Assembly: GCA_963754925.1 (NCBI GenBank)
Contig: CAVWHX010000012.1
Location: 64,001 to 128,000, forward strand
DNA length: 64,000 nucleotides
Reading direction: 5' to 3'
Origin: an uncultured delta proteobacterium
Lineage (GTDB): Bacteria; Myxococcota; B64-G9
Shown: in pieces, positions 1-7,873 of the stretch
Numbering within the stretch: position 1 is the stretch's first letter
Layout: every line of letters begins with the position of its first letter
The notes under the pieces: model-generated
Databases searched by the model: none
What the model was told of the DNA's origin: nothing
The model's input: the letters and a program-made list of their open reading frames with translations, nothing else
Translations under genes and position numbers: made by a program

Positions 1-1564
1 CACCGGCAGCGGAGGCCGCAATGCCCGCAGCGGCGGGTTTTCCAGAGCGACACCTCGCAGCCCTTTGTCGCTTCCTTTCCCTAAAGGGATAAGAGACTGT
101 AACTCCCTTCGGTCGTAACAGTCTCTAAGGTCTGCTTTGTTCTGTCGCTCCGTATGCACTTGAGTTATGTCGCTCGACATCGCTCTCGCCACTGGCGGAT
201 CGAACGGCACCAGAGTAAAGTCGTCGGGCCGATGCGAATCGCGAAGCCGCGGGGACCCTACCCGTCCCTCGCCGGCCACCAGGGCCGTCAGGCGCGCCAA
301 GGCCTCATCCAGCTTCGCCTTCGCCGGCGTGGGGGGTGCAAACAGCTCTGCCTGGCTCGCCCGACGCACCGCTCCCTCGGCCTCGACGCGCAACCCCACA
401 ACCGGCGCCCGGGGCGGCGTACGTTCCAACTCGAGCCGCACCAACGTAAGCCAGGTGCGGGCCTCGAGCCGAGGGCGCCGCCACCGCAAGCGTCCGTACC
501 TCGCTCCCGGTCGGCGCAAGGCGTAACGTCAGTAGAAGCCGCGCCGCTGTAAGCCCGCGGATGTCGAGTCGCGCAAAAAGCCGCGTCAACACCCCCTGCA
601 ACCCGAACAGAAGCGGCGTAACCTGCTCCAACGGGTACTCAATATCCAGCTCCTCCACGAACTGTTCTGGCTGCTTTTCGGCAACAAAAGGATCCTGTTC
701 CTCCCCGCGGGCGAGCCGCCACAGCCGCACCCCCTCTGGTCCCAGCCGCCGGGCGAGGCCATCCGCCGGCAGCTCGGCCAGTTGACCGATGCGCTCGATC
801 CCGAAACGCGCCAGGGCGGCCTGCAGCGAAGCCGCACGCAGCGAAGCCGCACGCAGCGAAGCCGGCGCGTCGAGCCACGCCAACGGCAGCGGCGCCAGAA
901 AGGAGCGCTCCCGCCCATCCGGCACCACCCACACCCCCGCCCCCTGGCGTGCGGCTAGAGAGGCTACCAACAGGCTCGTTGCGATGCCCACCTGCGCCGG
1001 CAGGCCCACGCGAGCGGCGCGTGCCGCGAGAGCCGATCCAAGCTGGATTTCCCACCTCGAGCGCGATGTCTGCGTTGTTGCTTCGGATTGGGTCCTCGAC
1101 ATAGATCCTACTATGTCTGCGGCCCAATCTTCGCAACGCCTTGACCTCTCGCCCGATCTGGGAAATCCTGTATTTTGCAGCGGGAGATTTTGGCCAAGCT
1201 GCGCGCTGGAAGAAAGCCGCTTCGTCCCCGCCAGGTCCAGCAGCACCGCCCCGCGCTCATCCCAGGCCACCCGCGGTGAGAAGGCCCGGCCGACGTCGAG
1301 AAGAGCCGCCTGCGCCGAGCGGACCAGTGCCGGCATCAACGGCCGCACCTGCAGCTCCGGCACCAACGCGCGTGCGCCGGTTATCCGCATGCCGGGCGTC
1401 ACCCCGGCTTCCCGAGCAGCCAAATTACACTCCCGCACCGCCGCCCGACTGCCCTCTCCGTCAGTTATGGCCAGGGGCAGATCGCTAAGCTGCGGTTCGG
1501 CCCGTATGGCCGCCGCCAACGCTAAATCCGGCACCAGCAAACACCCAAAACGCTTCAAGCCCAT
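1..1564 (-). CDS. imuB: ImuB, Y-family DNA polymerase-like protein (3' end off window; +1 frameshift near 470; carries palindromic insertions)
   Basis: Motifs AREAGVTPGM, FSPRVA, LLDLAGT, RSFLAPLPLAWL. After the shift at ~470 the frame continues LEARTWLTLVRLELE...QAELF (clamp-binding-like)...DSHRPDDF...LRALRPP, open to the window edge. Lies directly downstream of imuA. Confidence 0.9.
41..154 (+). repeat. Family-2 palindromic element (internally deleted) hosting a family-1 element
   Basis: Inverted repeat gagcgaca (45-52) / tgtcgctc (143-150). 129-156 matches the reverse complement of 51926-51953 at 25/28. Confidence 0.8.
78..128 (+). repeat. Family-1 palindromic element (51 bp)
   Basis: tccc-taaa-gggata head; stem agagactgt (92-100) / acagtctct (118-126); ends aa. 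Confidence 0.9.
823..864 (+). repeat. 15-bp tandem repeat (~2.8 copies) inside imuB
   Basis: gcagcgaagccgcac x2 plus gcagcgaagccg; encodes ASLRA-ASLRA-ASLQ. Confidence 0.95.
1045..1168 (+). repeat. Family-2 palindromic element in frame in imuB
   Basis: Terminal IR ggatttccca/tgggaaatcc, inner stems gattggg/cccaatc and gacatag/ctatgtc, motifs TGCGTTG and CGCCTTG. Confidence 0.85.
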
Positions 1565-1571
1565 ACGCTGT

Positions 1572-1625
1572 CCCCTTCGGGGATAAGAGCCTGTAAGCCT
1601 CGCAAAGCTCGGCAACAGGCTCTAA
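1572..1625 (+). repeat. Family-1 palindromic element at the imuA/imuB junction
   Basis: cccc-ttcg-gggata head; stem agagcctgt/acaggctct. Confidence 0.9.
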
Positions 1626-2327
1626 TAGCGCTTCCGGCGGAGGCGGAAAGACAGCTCAATCCCCTCCAAAAAGCGCACCCCGCGCCCCCCCCAACGCGCA
1701 GGATCCGCCTGGACCTCTAGCACCAAGCTGCTCCCGGTCAGAACCGTGCGGCAGGCTGACAGAACCACCACCACGGTCTGGGTTTCCCGGGCGCACTTGT
1801 CTAAGCGCAGCCAACCCCCTGAAGGGATAAGAGATTCTAAGCCTCGCTCCCCCTGCCGGGGACAAGTCGCTCGGCAAGAATCTCTTAGAGACCGTCCGGA
1901 AGATACCCACAGATCCACCACGAGCAACCCAAACCCGCCGGTCTCGAGGATTACCTCTGCCGTGCGCAAGGCCGCCTTCCAACCGCGCGGCCGCACCCAG
2001 AGCAGCCGCTCAAGATCCACGCCGGCGTGCACGGCAGAAGCGGCGACAAACCCGTCCACCGGATCAACCAGCGCTGCCACCTCGCCCCGACCAGAGGCAG
2101 TAGCAAGCAAAGCATAGAGGACGGTTGCCCCACCGCCGGCCGTTATCACCACCTCGCTGATCCGACCGCGGGGCAGACCCCCGCGGCAAACCCGATTCGA
2201 GCTCGGGCAAGCCGCTTTCCGCCAGCGAAGGCGTGGTCGCCAGCTCGCTCGCCGGCCGCACCAGTTGGCGGCGTCGGAGATCATCAAGCCATTCGCGCGG
2301 AGAAAGACGTGCCTGCCCTGCTGCCAC
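1622..2327 (-). CDS. imuA: ImuA (RecA-like SOS mutagenesis protein); frameshift near 2180
   Basis: GTG start with GGAGG RBS. The N-terminus (SGLPELESGL) joins GGLPRGRISEV...AALVDPVDGF...AGVDLERLLWVRP...GGFGLLVVDL in another frame. Upstream of imuB. Confidence 0.88.
1816..1887 (+). repeat. Family-1 element (72 bp) in frame in imuA, with a partial second head in its loop
   Basis: cccc-tgaa-ggga head; stem taagagattct (1828-1838) / agaatctctta (1877-1887); loop contains cccctgccggggacaag. Confidence 0.9.
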
Positions 2328-2356
2328 GGTGAACCTCCACCAACCATCCTTCTGTT

Positions 2357-2385
2357 ACTATACTGAACATCTGTACAGTATGCAA
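2357..2385 (-). promoter_or_regulatory. Sigma70-type promoter of imuA with a LexA (SOS) box in the spacer
   Basis: Minus strand TTGCAT-17 bp-TATAGT. Palindrome TACTGAACATCTGTACAGTA (2361-2380) = CTG-N10-CAG, 14/17 to the M. xanthus LexA consensus CTRHAMRYBYGTTCAGS. Confidence 0.85.
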
Positions 2386-2426
2386 GAGGTGATTGTAAAC
2401 TTCACTTCGCTTGGACTAATCTCTAA
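2384..2426 (+). repeat. Degenerate family-1 element
   Basis: aagaggtgattgtaaacttcacttcgcttggactaatctctaa resembles the 18316-18356 copy. Confidence 0.6.
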
Positions 2427-2433
2427 TCTCCAT

Positions 2434-2540
2434 CCCCTACGGGGATAAGAGCCCGTAAAGCTCGCTCCCCTGAAGGGACAAGAGATTGTACGCCTCGCTT
2501 CGCTCGCTACAATCTCTAGCCGTTCGCTAACGGGCTCTAA
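2434..2540 (+). repeat. Family-1 element with a second full copy (2467-2519) nested in its loop
   Basis: Outer cccc-tacg-gggata, stem agagcccgt/acgggctct. Inner cccc-tgaa-gggaca, stem agagattgta/tacaatctct. Confidence 0.92.
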
Positions 2541-2552
2541 GGATGTATCGCT

Positions 2553-3260
2553 ATGGCAAAGATGCCAAAGAAACGCAAAAACCCTCCCCGTAAAGAACAT
2601 ACGGCCGAGTTTGAGAATCATCCGCTGGCAGGATTGAAGAAGCTGCTCCCGGCCCCTGCAGGAGCGCCGCCCAAGCCGACCCAACCCAAGCGTGCCAAGG
2701 CTGAACCGACCAACGAGGAAGAGTTGTTCCGCTCGGCGGTAGGGGGAGTGCAGCCGTTAAGCCCGCAGCATTCCCCCCTGCCGCCGCCTCCCCGCATTAA
2801 ACCGCCCGCGCCCCTCGGCAATCGCGAAGCCGAGGAGGTCATGCAGACGCTGCAAGACCTGGTGAACGGAGAGGCGCCGTTCTCAATCCACGAAACCGAT
2901 CAAGCCATCGAGGGCATGGCGGAGGGGCTCGACCAGCGCATCATGCATAAGCTGCGTTCCGGTGAGTTTGCCGTCCAGGACCATCTGGATCTGCACGGCC
3001 GTACCCGAGACGAGGCCCAGGAACTGGTGCGCCAGTTCTTACTTAACTCACTCGCCCATAGTAAACGCTGCGTATTGATCATCCACGGCCAAGGGCATGG
3101 CTCCAAGGACCACATTCCGGTGCTCAAAAACGCCCTGCGCGCCTGGTTTACGCGCGGGAGCATCGGCAAACGCATTCTGGCGTTTACCACCGCCAGACCG
3201 TGCGACGGAGGCGCGGGTGCGGTGTACGTGCTCTTGCGAAAACCTAAAGCTCGGCCATGA
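2553..3260 (+). CDS. Smr/MutS2-family (SmrA-like) endonuclease-domain protein
   Basis: DHLDLHG, RCVLIIHGQG, PVLK, DGGAGAVYVLL. Confidence 0.92.
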   Translation: MAKMPKKRKNPPRKEHTAEFENHPLAGLKKLLPAPAGAPPKPTQPKRAKAEPTNEEELFRSAVGGVQPLSPQHSPLPPPPRIKPPAPLGNREAEEVMQTLQDLVNGEAPFSIHETDQAIEGMAEGLDQRIMHKLRSGEFAVQDHLDLHGRTRDEAQELVRQFLLNSLAHSKRCVLIIHGQGHGSKDHIPVLKNALRAWFTRGSIGKRILAFTTARPCDGGAGAVYVLLRKPKARP

Positions 3261-3327
3261 CACCACCCTCTCGCTATTAGGGAGAGGGTGGTGCGCAGCC
3301 AAGCCGCACCGTAGCACCGGGTGAGGG
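3261..3327 (+). repeat. GC-rich hairpin repeat (CCCTCTC..GGGAGAGGG..GGGTGAGGG type) between convergent genes; possible terminator
   Basis: Perfect 12-bp IR caccaccctctc (3261-3272) / gagagggtggtg (3282-3293), followed by gggtgaggg. Confidence 0.7.
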
Positions 3328-3331
3328 AATC

Positions 3332-3685
3332 TTACTGGTACCGTATCAATTGATGAACGACCGCGCTTAAAACAGAAATCACCAACGCTCCCAACAACGC
3401 CCACTTGAAATTCTTGATTTTGAGCTTATCGGTCAGAGCGTCGGTAATCGACAACAGGATGGCGTCCACAAACCAGTGCGTGACCACCGACAGCAAAAAA
3501 CCGATTCCCAAGGTGGCGATACCGATGACAACATAAAAGAACCATCCCAGCAGCCAGTTGATGACGCCAAATATAGCGGCCACCACCAATGCGCCGGAAA
3601 ATCCTTTCACTTGAAAGCCGGGCAGCATCAAGGCGGTCAACCACACTATGAGGCTCAGCAATAACCAGGATAACACTATCGACAT
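3332..3685 (-). CDS. 4-TM phage-holin-family (YvlD-like) membrane protein
   Basis: LPGFQVKGFSGALVVAAIFGVIN, TLGIG, IKNFKWALLGALVIS. Confidence 0.85.
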   Translation of the reverse strand: MSIVLSWLLLSLIVWLTALMLPGFQVKGFSGALVVAAIFGVINWLLGWFFYVVIGIATLGIGFLLSVVTHWFVDAILLSITDALTDKLKIKNFKWALLGALVISVLSAVVHQLIRYQ

Positions 3686-3699
3686 GGGTTTTTCCTTCC

Positions 3700-5025
3700 T
3701 TAGAGGTCGTCCGGTTCTTCACGTTCCCTGTCTGTCTCCTCCCCGACCTCGTGCATATGCCTTATAAAACTCGGCATCGCAACCGCTGCGACGAGTCCTA
3801 TAACAGATACGTTCGCGTAAAGAAGAGCCGCGAGAGTGCTTTTATGAGAAGTTGTCGTATTGGAGGCAACATAGATTCCGTCAGACAGGTTGCTGTAGGT
3901 TGTTGCCGTTGAGATATTGGGCTCGGGCAAAAGGGCCTGTATTATTTCCATACCATCATTAATATCGGGTGAGGTTTTGGCGACAGAAGCTAAGAGTTTT
4001 TGGATCTTGCCAATGAAGTTTGGTCCCATATAGCTGATTCCATTGGCTTCAAGGGGAAAGTCTTGAGTCGCCTGTTGAAACTCAGGAGACTGCGCAAGCG
4101 CCGCTTTTTCTGAGAAGTATTCTTTTAGAAATGTACGGTTGGTGGCGAACCATAGTCGATTGGTTTTACTATCTTTAGCCAAAACCGGCCGATAACCGCC
4201 CAAGTTGCCGGGTAGCGCCATAAAGGGCTCCAGCAACTTCAAGGCGCCATCTTCGGTCGCTTGCACCAGCGGCATCGATTTTAACTTTTCCTGGACCGCA
4301 TCGAACAAAAATCCCATGTTGTCAAACCCAAATAAAAGTTCCGTGTATGGTAATGCAATAGGAACGGTAGGCAGAGAAAACGTTTTGTCTTTATCAATGC
4401 GAATAACGCCTATCACCCTGGTATTGAGTTGATTGATGATTTCGCGGTAGGTGAACGAAAATTCCGGGATCTTTTCGTCAACCTTGGATGCTAGTTGGTC
4501 GGCTTCATTGCTCGCGATGTCGCGCAGCACAGCCATCACCATGTCATAGACAGCTTTTAAATTGAGATCATTTTCGAAAACAACATCGGCATTTTGGGGG
4601 GCCCTGCGGGGCACCTCGAGGGTATGGGGAGCACCACCGCAGATCAGCATCAAGCCTTCTCGCGGGCCCTGGTTACAAACAAACGCCTTATTCCGGTAGA
4701 TTTTTCCATCACGGTAGGAGCTCAGACCGCCGGCGACAATAGTATTCAACCCAAGCTGTTGAGCAATCTTAACGGCATCGACGTTGGCGAGTCGCTGATC
4801 TTCTTCCTTTTGTGGAATATGTTTTATCAGATTGTTGACAAATTCAGCCGCGCTCTTCACATCGCCTTCGATATCCATATACATAAAAACGGTACCACCC
4901 ATGTCTAAGTGTTTAACAACTCTTTCAAAATGGGCGGAACGATGTTCTTTAGGAACTACATCAATCTTACTGCATCCGGCTACCAGTCCTATCAGTGCGC
5001 TCAACAGCCACAGCAGGTTTTTCAT
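3700..5025 (-). CDS. Hypothetical lipoprotein with C-terminal pilin-like hydrophobic helix
   Basis: MKNLLW...LVAGC lipobox; C-terminal VIGLVAAVAMPSF. Confidence 0.7.
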   Translation of the reverse strand: MKNLLWLLSALIGLVAGCSKIDVVPKEHRSAHFERVVKHLDMGGTVFMYMDIEGDVKSAAEFVNNLIKHIPQKEEDQRLANVDAVKIAQQLGLNTIVAGGLSSYRDGKIYRNKAFVCNQGPREGLMLICGGAPHTLEVPRRAPQNADVVFENDLNLKAVYDMVMAVLRDIASNEADQLASKVDEKIPEFSFTYREIINQLNTRVIGVIRIDKDKTFSLPTVPIALPYTELLFGFDNMGFLFDAVQEKLKSMPLVQATEDGALKLLEPFMALPGNLGGYRPVLAKDSKTNRLWFATNRTFLKEYFSEKAALAQSPEFQQATQDFPLEANGISYMGPNFIGKIQKLLASVAKTSPDINDGMEIIQALLPEPNISTATTYSNLSDGIYVASNTTTSHKSTLAALLYANVSVIGLVAAVAMPSFIRHMHEVGEETDREREEPDDL

Positions 5026-5444
5026 TGTTTCTTCTCCCGAAAAAAAGGTGCTGATGAGCTTATACGTCGTTTGGGGCAATATACACACTTTTTACGTGTC
5101 GCGGTGTTAGTACGAAAACCCGACTCCGGTACGAAGCAGTTTTATGGATACCTATTGACTTTTTGTCTACCGACGACTATAGATAAGAAAAGTGACAGCC
5201 TGTCAGCTATGTTCTGCATCTTGAGCGTGCCAAGGGCACAGGGTCATTTCCGAACTGCCAGAGAAAGCGACTGGCCGTTCGTTGTCGTTTGGAAATGTAG
5301 TCGACGCCAGGGCGGGGACCATAATATACGCAACAGACGTTTATCGAGCCCGAAATCCGCACGGCTAATCTGATCCCGCGCATCCTGTCGATCGTGATTG
5401 GGGAAACTGCTTATTCTCGGTGCGCCGTTCGTACGAGGTGGAAC

Positions 5445-7772
5445 ATGGCCACGGATAACAAGGTAGCGCCGTCGTCATGGGAGCTGGGGCCAGAGGCACG
5501 ATCGTTTGTTGAAAGCTCAAACGAGTCTATTTTCATTTTCGAAATTGCGACCGATCCCGCTGCAGATGATGCCCTTGTCTTCGTCAACGAGCAGACGTCC
5601 GACGTATTTGGCTACTCTCGCGACGAACTACTCCATGTTGATTTTCTTTCACTTGGTTGCAACGAACCGTCCCACCACCAGCTTAATATGAAGGAAGTAC
5701 GAAACAAGGTGGTCGCCGAAGGACCACAGGGTTTCGAATGGCACGCCAAGGCTAAAGATGGCCATCTGTTCTGGGTCGAAGCGAACATACGTCATTGGCC
5801 ACGTGATGGCAGGAACTATTTGATCGTCAGAGTGCACAACATCGCCGCACGCAAACAGAGAGAAGCGGATCTACAGAGCGCCAAGGATTTCGCCGAGAAC
5901 CTCCTTAAAACCGCCAACGCCATGGTTGTGAGACTCGACGTTGACGGCAACATCCAAATTATCAATGAGGCTGCTGAGGCCATTACCGGTTACGCCGCCG
6001 CCGAGATACTCGGCCGCAATTGGTTTGAAGTGTTAGTGCCCAAGAGCAGGTTTCCGCACGTTTGGGAAGAATTCCAGCGACTTAGGGCGGGTGGTTTGCC
6101 GAAACGCTTTGAAAATCCGATCCTCACCAAATTCGGCGAGGAGCGTTTCACCGTTTGGCGAAACAACGAGATACGAGAGCAGGGACAGATTGTGGGAACC
6201 ATTTCCTTTGGCGTCGATATCACCGAACACCGGCAGGCCGAAAAGGCGCTTCAGGAGAGCGAGGCACGGAACCTGGCGCTGCTCACCGCCATCCCCGATG
6301 TTCTTTTGTTGCTTAATAACAAGGGTATTCTTCTTGATTTTCATTTCAATGGTCTTCCCAACCTATTTACCTCCCTCAAAGATAACCTCAATCGCCCTAT
6401 AGCAGACGCGCTACCGAGCCCACTCGGAGAGCTCATTGTGGCCGCCTGTAACCGAGCGTTGGAAACTGGCGCGATGCAACAAATCGAGCATCAAATGGCG
6501 GCGAATGGCCCCGTGGAGTACCTCGAAGCCCGGGTGGTCAAGAGCGGCGAGAAGACGGTCTTTGTCATGTTGAGGGACATTACCGAGGGACGCAAGCTCC
6601 AAGAGCAGCTCATGGTTTCAGACCGCATGGCGTCGGTCGGAACTCTTGCCGCGGGGGTGGCGCACGAGATCAATAATCCCTTGGCCGCCATTATGGCGAA
6701 CATCGAGTTGATCATCTCTAAGTTCACCAAACTCGCTCCCCAGGTGCCGGACGACGAGGTTCGTGAGATACGTGAAGATTTAACTGATGCGTTGGATGCG
6801 ACGATACGGGTCAAAAACATCGTAAGCGATTTACGTATCTTCTCGCGCTCGCAAGAGGTTCGAGACGGAACCGTCGATATCGAGCACTTGCTCGAATCCT
6901 CGCTCCGCATGGCCTATAACGAGATCCGCCACCGCGCGAAGGTGGTACGGGATTTCCAACCGGTGCCGCCGGTTAATGGAAACGAGTCTCGGCTCGGGCA
7001 AGTTCTCCTCAACATCATCGTGAATGCGGCGCAAGCGATAGAAGAAGGACATGCCGATACCAATGAGATCCGCGTCACCACCGGGCTCGATGACCACGGG
7101 ATGGTCGTCATTGAGATCTCCAACACCGGGGTGGGCATGCCGCCCGAGATGATACCAAAGCTCTTCACGCCCTTTTTTACCACCAAGCCAGCGGGTGTCG
7201 GAACGGGGCTGGGCTTGGTGATCTGTCATCGAATCGTGGGCGCCCTCGGCGGCTCAATCGAGGTTGAAAGCACCGTGGGGAAAGGAAGCACATTTCGGAT
7301 TCTGCTGCCTCCCGGCCATAAAGAAGATTTCGCACCGTCAATGCGTGTCTGGGATGAACACATCGCACCCCCTTACCACGGCACGGTCCTCATTGTGGAC
7401 GACGAATACATGCTGGGAAAAGTGTTAGGCCGGACGCTGGGCGGCGAGCATCAGGTAACCATTGTAACCCGCGCTCAGGAGGCGTTGAAGAAGATCTCCG
7501 CGGGGGAGCGGTTCGACGCGATCCTGTGCGACCTGATGATGCCGGAGATGAGCGGAATGGAGTTCTACCATGAGGTCTCCCACGTCGCACCGGACCAAGC
7601 ACGCCAGATAATTTTCATGACCGGCGGGGCGTTCACCCCCCGAGCGCGGGCATTCCTCGACGAAGTTCCGAATGCACGTCTTCAAAAACCCTTCGAGTTA
7701 ACAACCCTGAAGAACCTCATCAACATGCAGCTCACTGAGTTACCGTGCCGTTCGTGCCAGCCGGAAGCATAG
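5445..7772 (+). CDS. Multi-PAS hybrid sensor histidine kinase with receiver domain
   Basis: PAS repeats, H-box GVAHEINNPL, N-box, FFTTKP..GTGLGL, receiver LIVDDE/CDLMMP/QKPF. Confidence 0.95.
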   Translation: MATDNKVAPSSWELGPEARSFVESSNESIFIFEIATDPAADDALVFVNEQTSDVFGYSRDELLHVDFLSLGCNEPSHHQLNMKEVRNKVVAEGPQGFEWHAKAKDGHLFWVEANIRHWPRDGRNYLIVRVHNIAARKQREADLQSAKDFAENLLKTANAMVVRLDVDGNIQIINEAAEAITGYAAAEILGRNWFEVLVPKSRFPHVWEEFQRLRAGGLPKRFENPILTKFGEERFTVWRNNEIREQGQIVGTISFGVDITEHRQAEKALQESEARNLALLTAIPDVLLLLNNKGILLDFHFNGLPNLFTSLKDNLNRPIADALPSPLGELIVAACNRALETGAMQQIEHQMAANGPVEYLEARVVKSGEKTVFVMLRDITEGRKLQEQLMVSDRMASVGTLAAGVAHEINNPLAAIMANIELIISKFTKLAPQVPDDEVREIREDLTDALDATIRVKNIVSDLRIFSRSQEVRDGTVDIEHLLESSLRMAYNEIRHRAKVVRDFQPVPPVNGNESRLGQVLLNIIVNAAQAIEEGHADTNEIRVTTGLDDHGMVVIEISNTGVGMPPEMIPKLFTPFFTTKPAGVGTGLGLVICHRIVGALGGSIEVESTVGKGSTFRILLPPGHKEDFAPSMRVWDEHIAPPYHGTVLIVDDEYMLGKVLGRTLGGEHQVTIVTRAQEALKKISAGERFDAILCDLMMPEMSGMEFYHEVSHVAPDQARQIIFMTGGAFTPRARAFLDEVPNARLQKPFELTTLKNLINMQLTELPCRSCQPEA

Positions 7773-7783
7773 ATCGACAAGCC

Positions 7784-7849
7784 CCCCTGAAGGGATAAGA
7801 CCCCGTAACGCTTACTACGTTCGCTAACGGGCTCTAACCCCTGAAGGGA
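7784..7849 (+). repeat. Family-1 element followed by a second head
   Basis: cccctgaaggga at 7784-7795 and 7838-7849; stem agaccccgt/acgggctct. Confidence 0.88.
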
Positions 7850-7873
7850 AGGGAGGTTGAGTGTATATTGTTT

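Noticed and set aside
1045..1168. Intein or self-splicing intron in imuB
   Set aside because: No Cys/Ser...His-Asn intein ends and too short for group I/II introns; RNA-level removal is not formally excluded.
154..1586. Plus-strand ORFs over imuB, and the many antisense ORFs over gltI, acs and the second cluster
   Set aside because: Shadow frames of GC-rich coding sequence with no recognisable motifs.
78..2540. Recurring gggataagag motif as a CRISPR array
   Set aside because: Spacing is irregular, there are no unique spacers of constant length, copies are nested and inside genes, and no cas genes are present.
3332..3685. Prophage suggested by the holin-family gene
   Set aside because: No other phage genes; this family is common on chromosomes.
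5245..5297. Hairpin catttccgaac/gtttggaaatg as a riboswitch
   Set aside because: No known aptamer motif and no second copy in the window.
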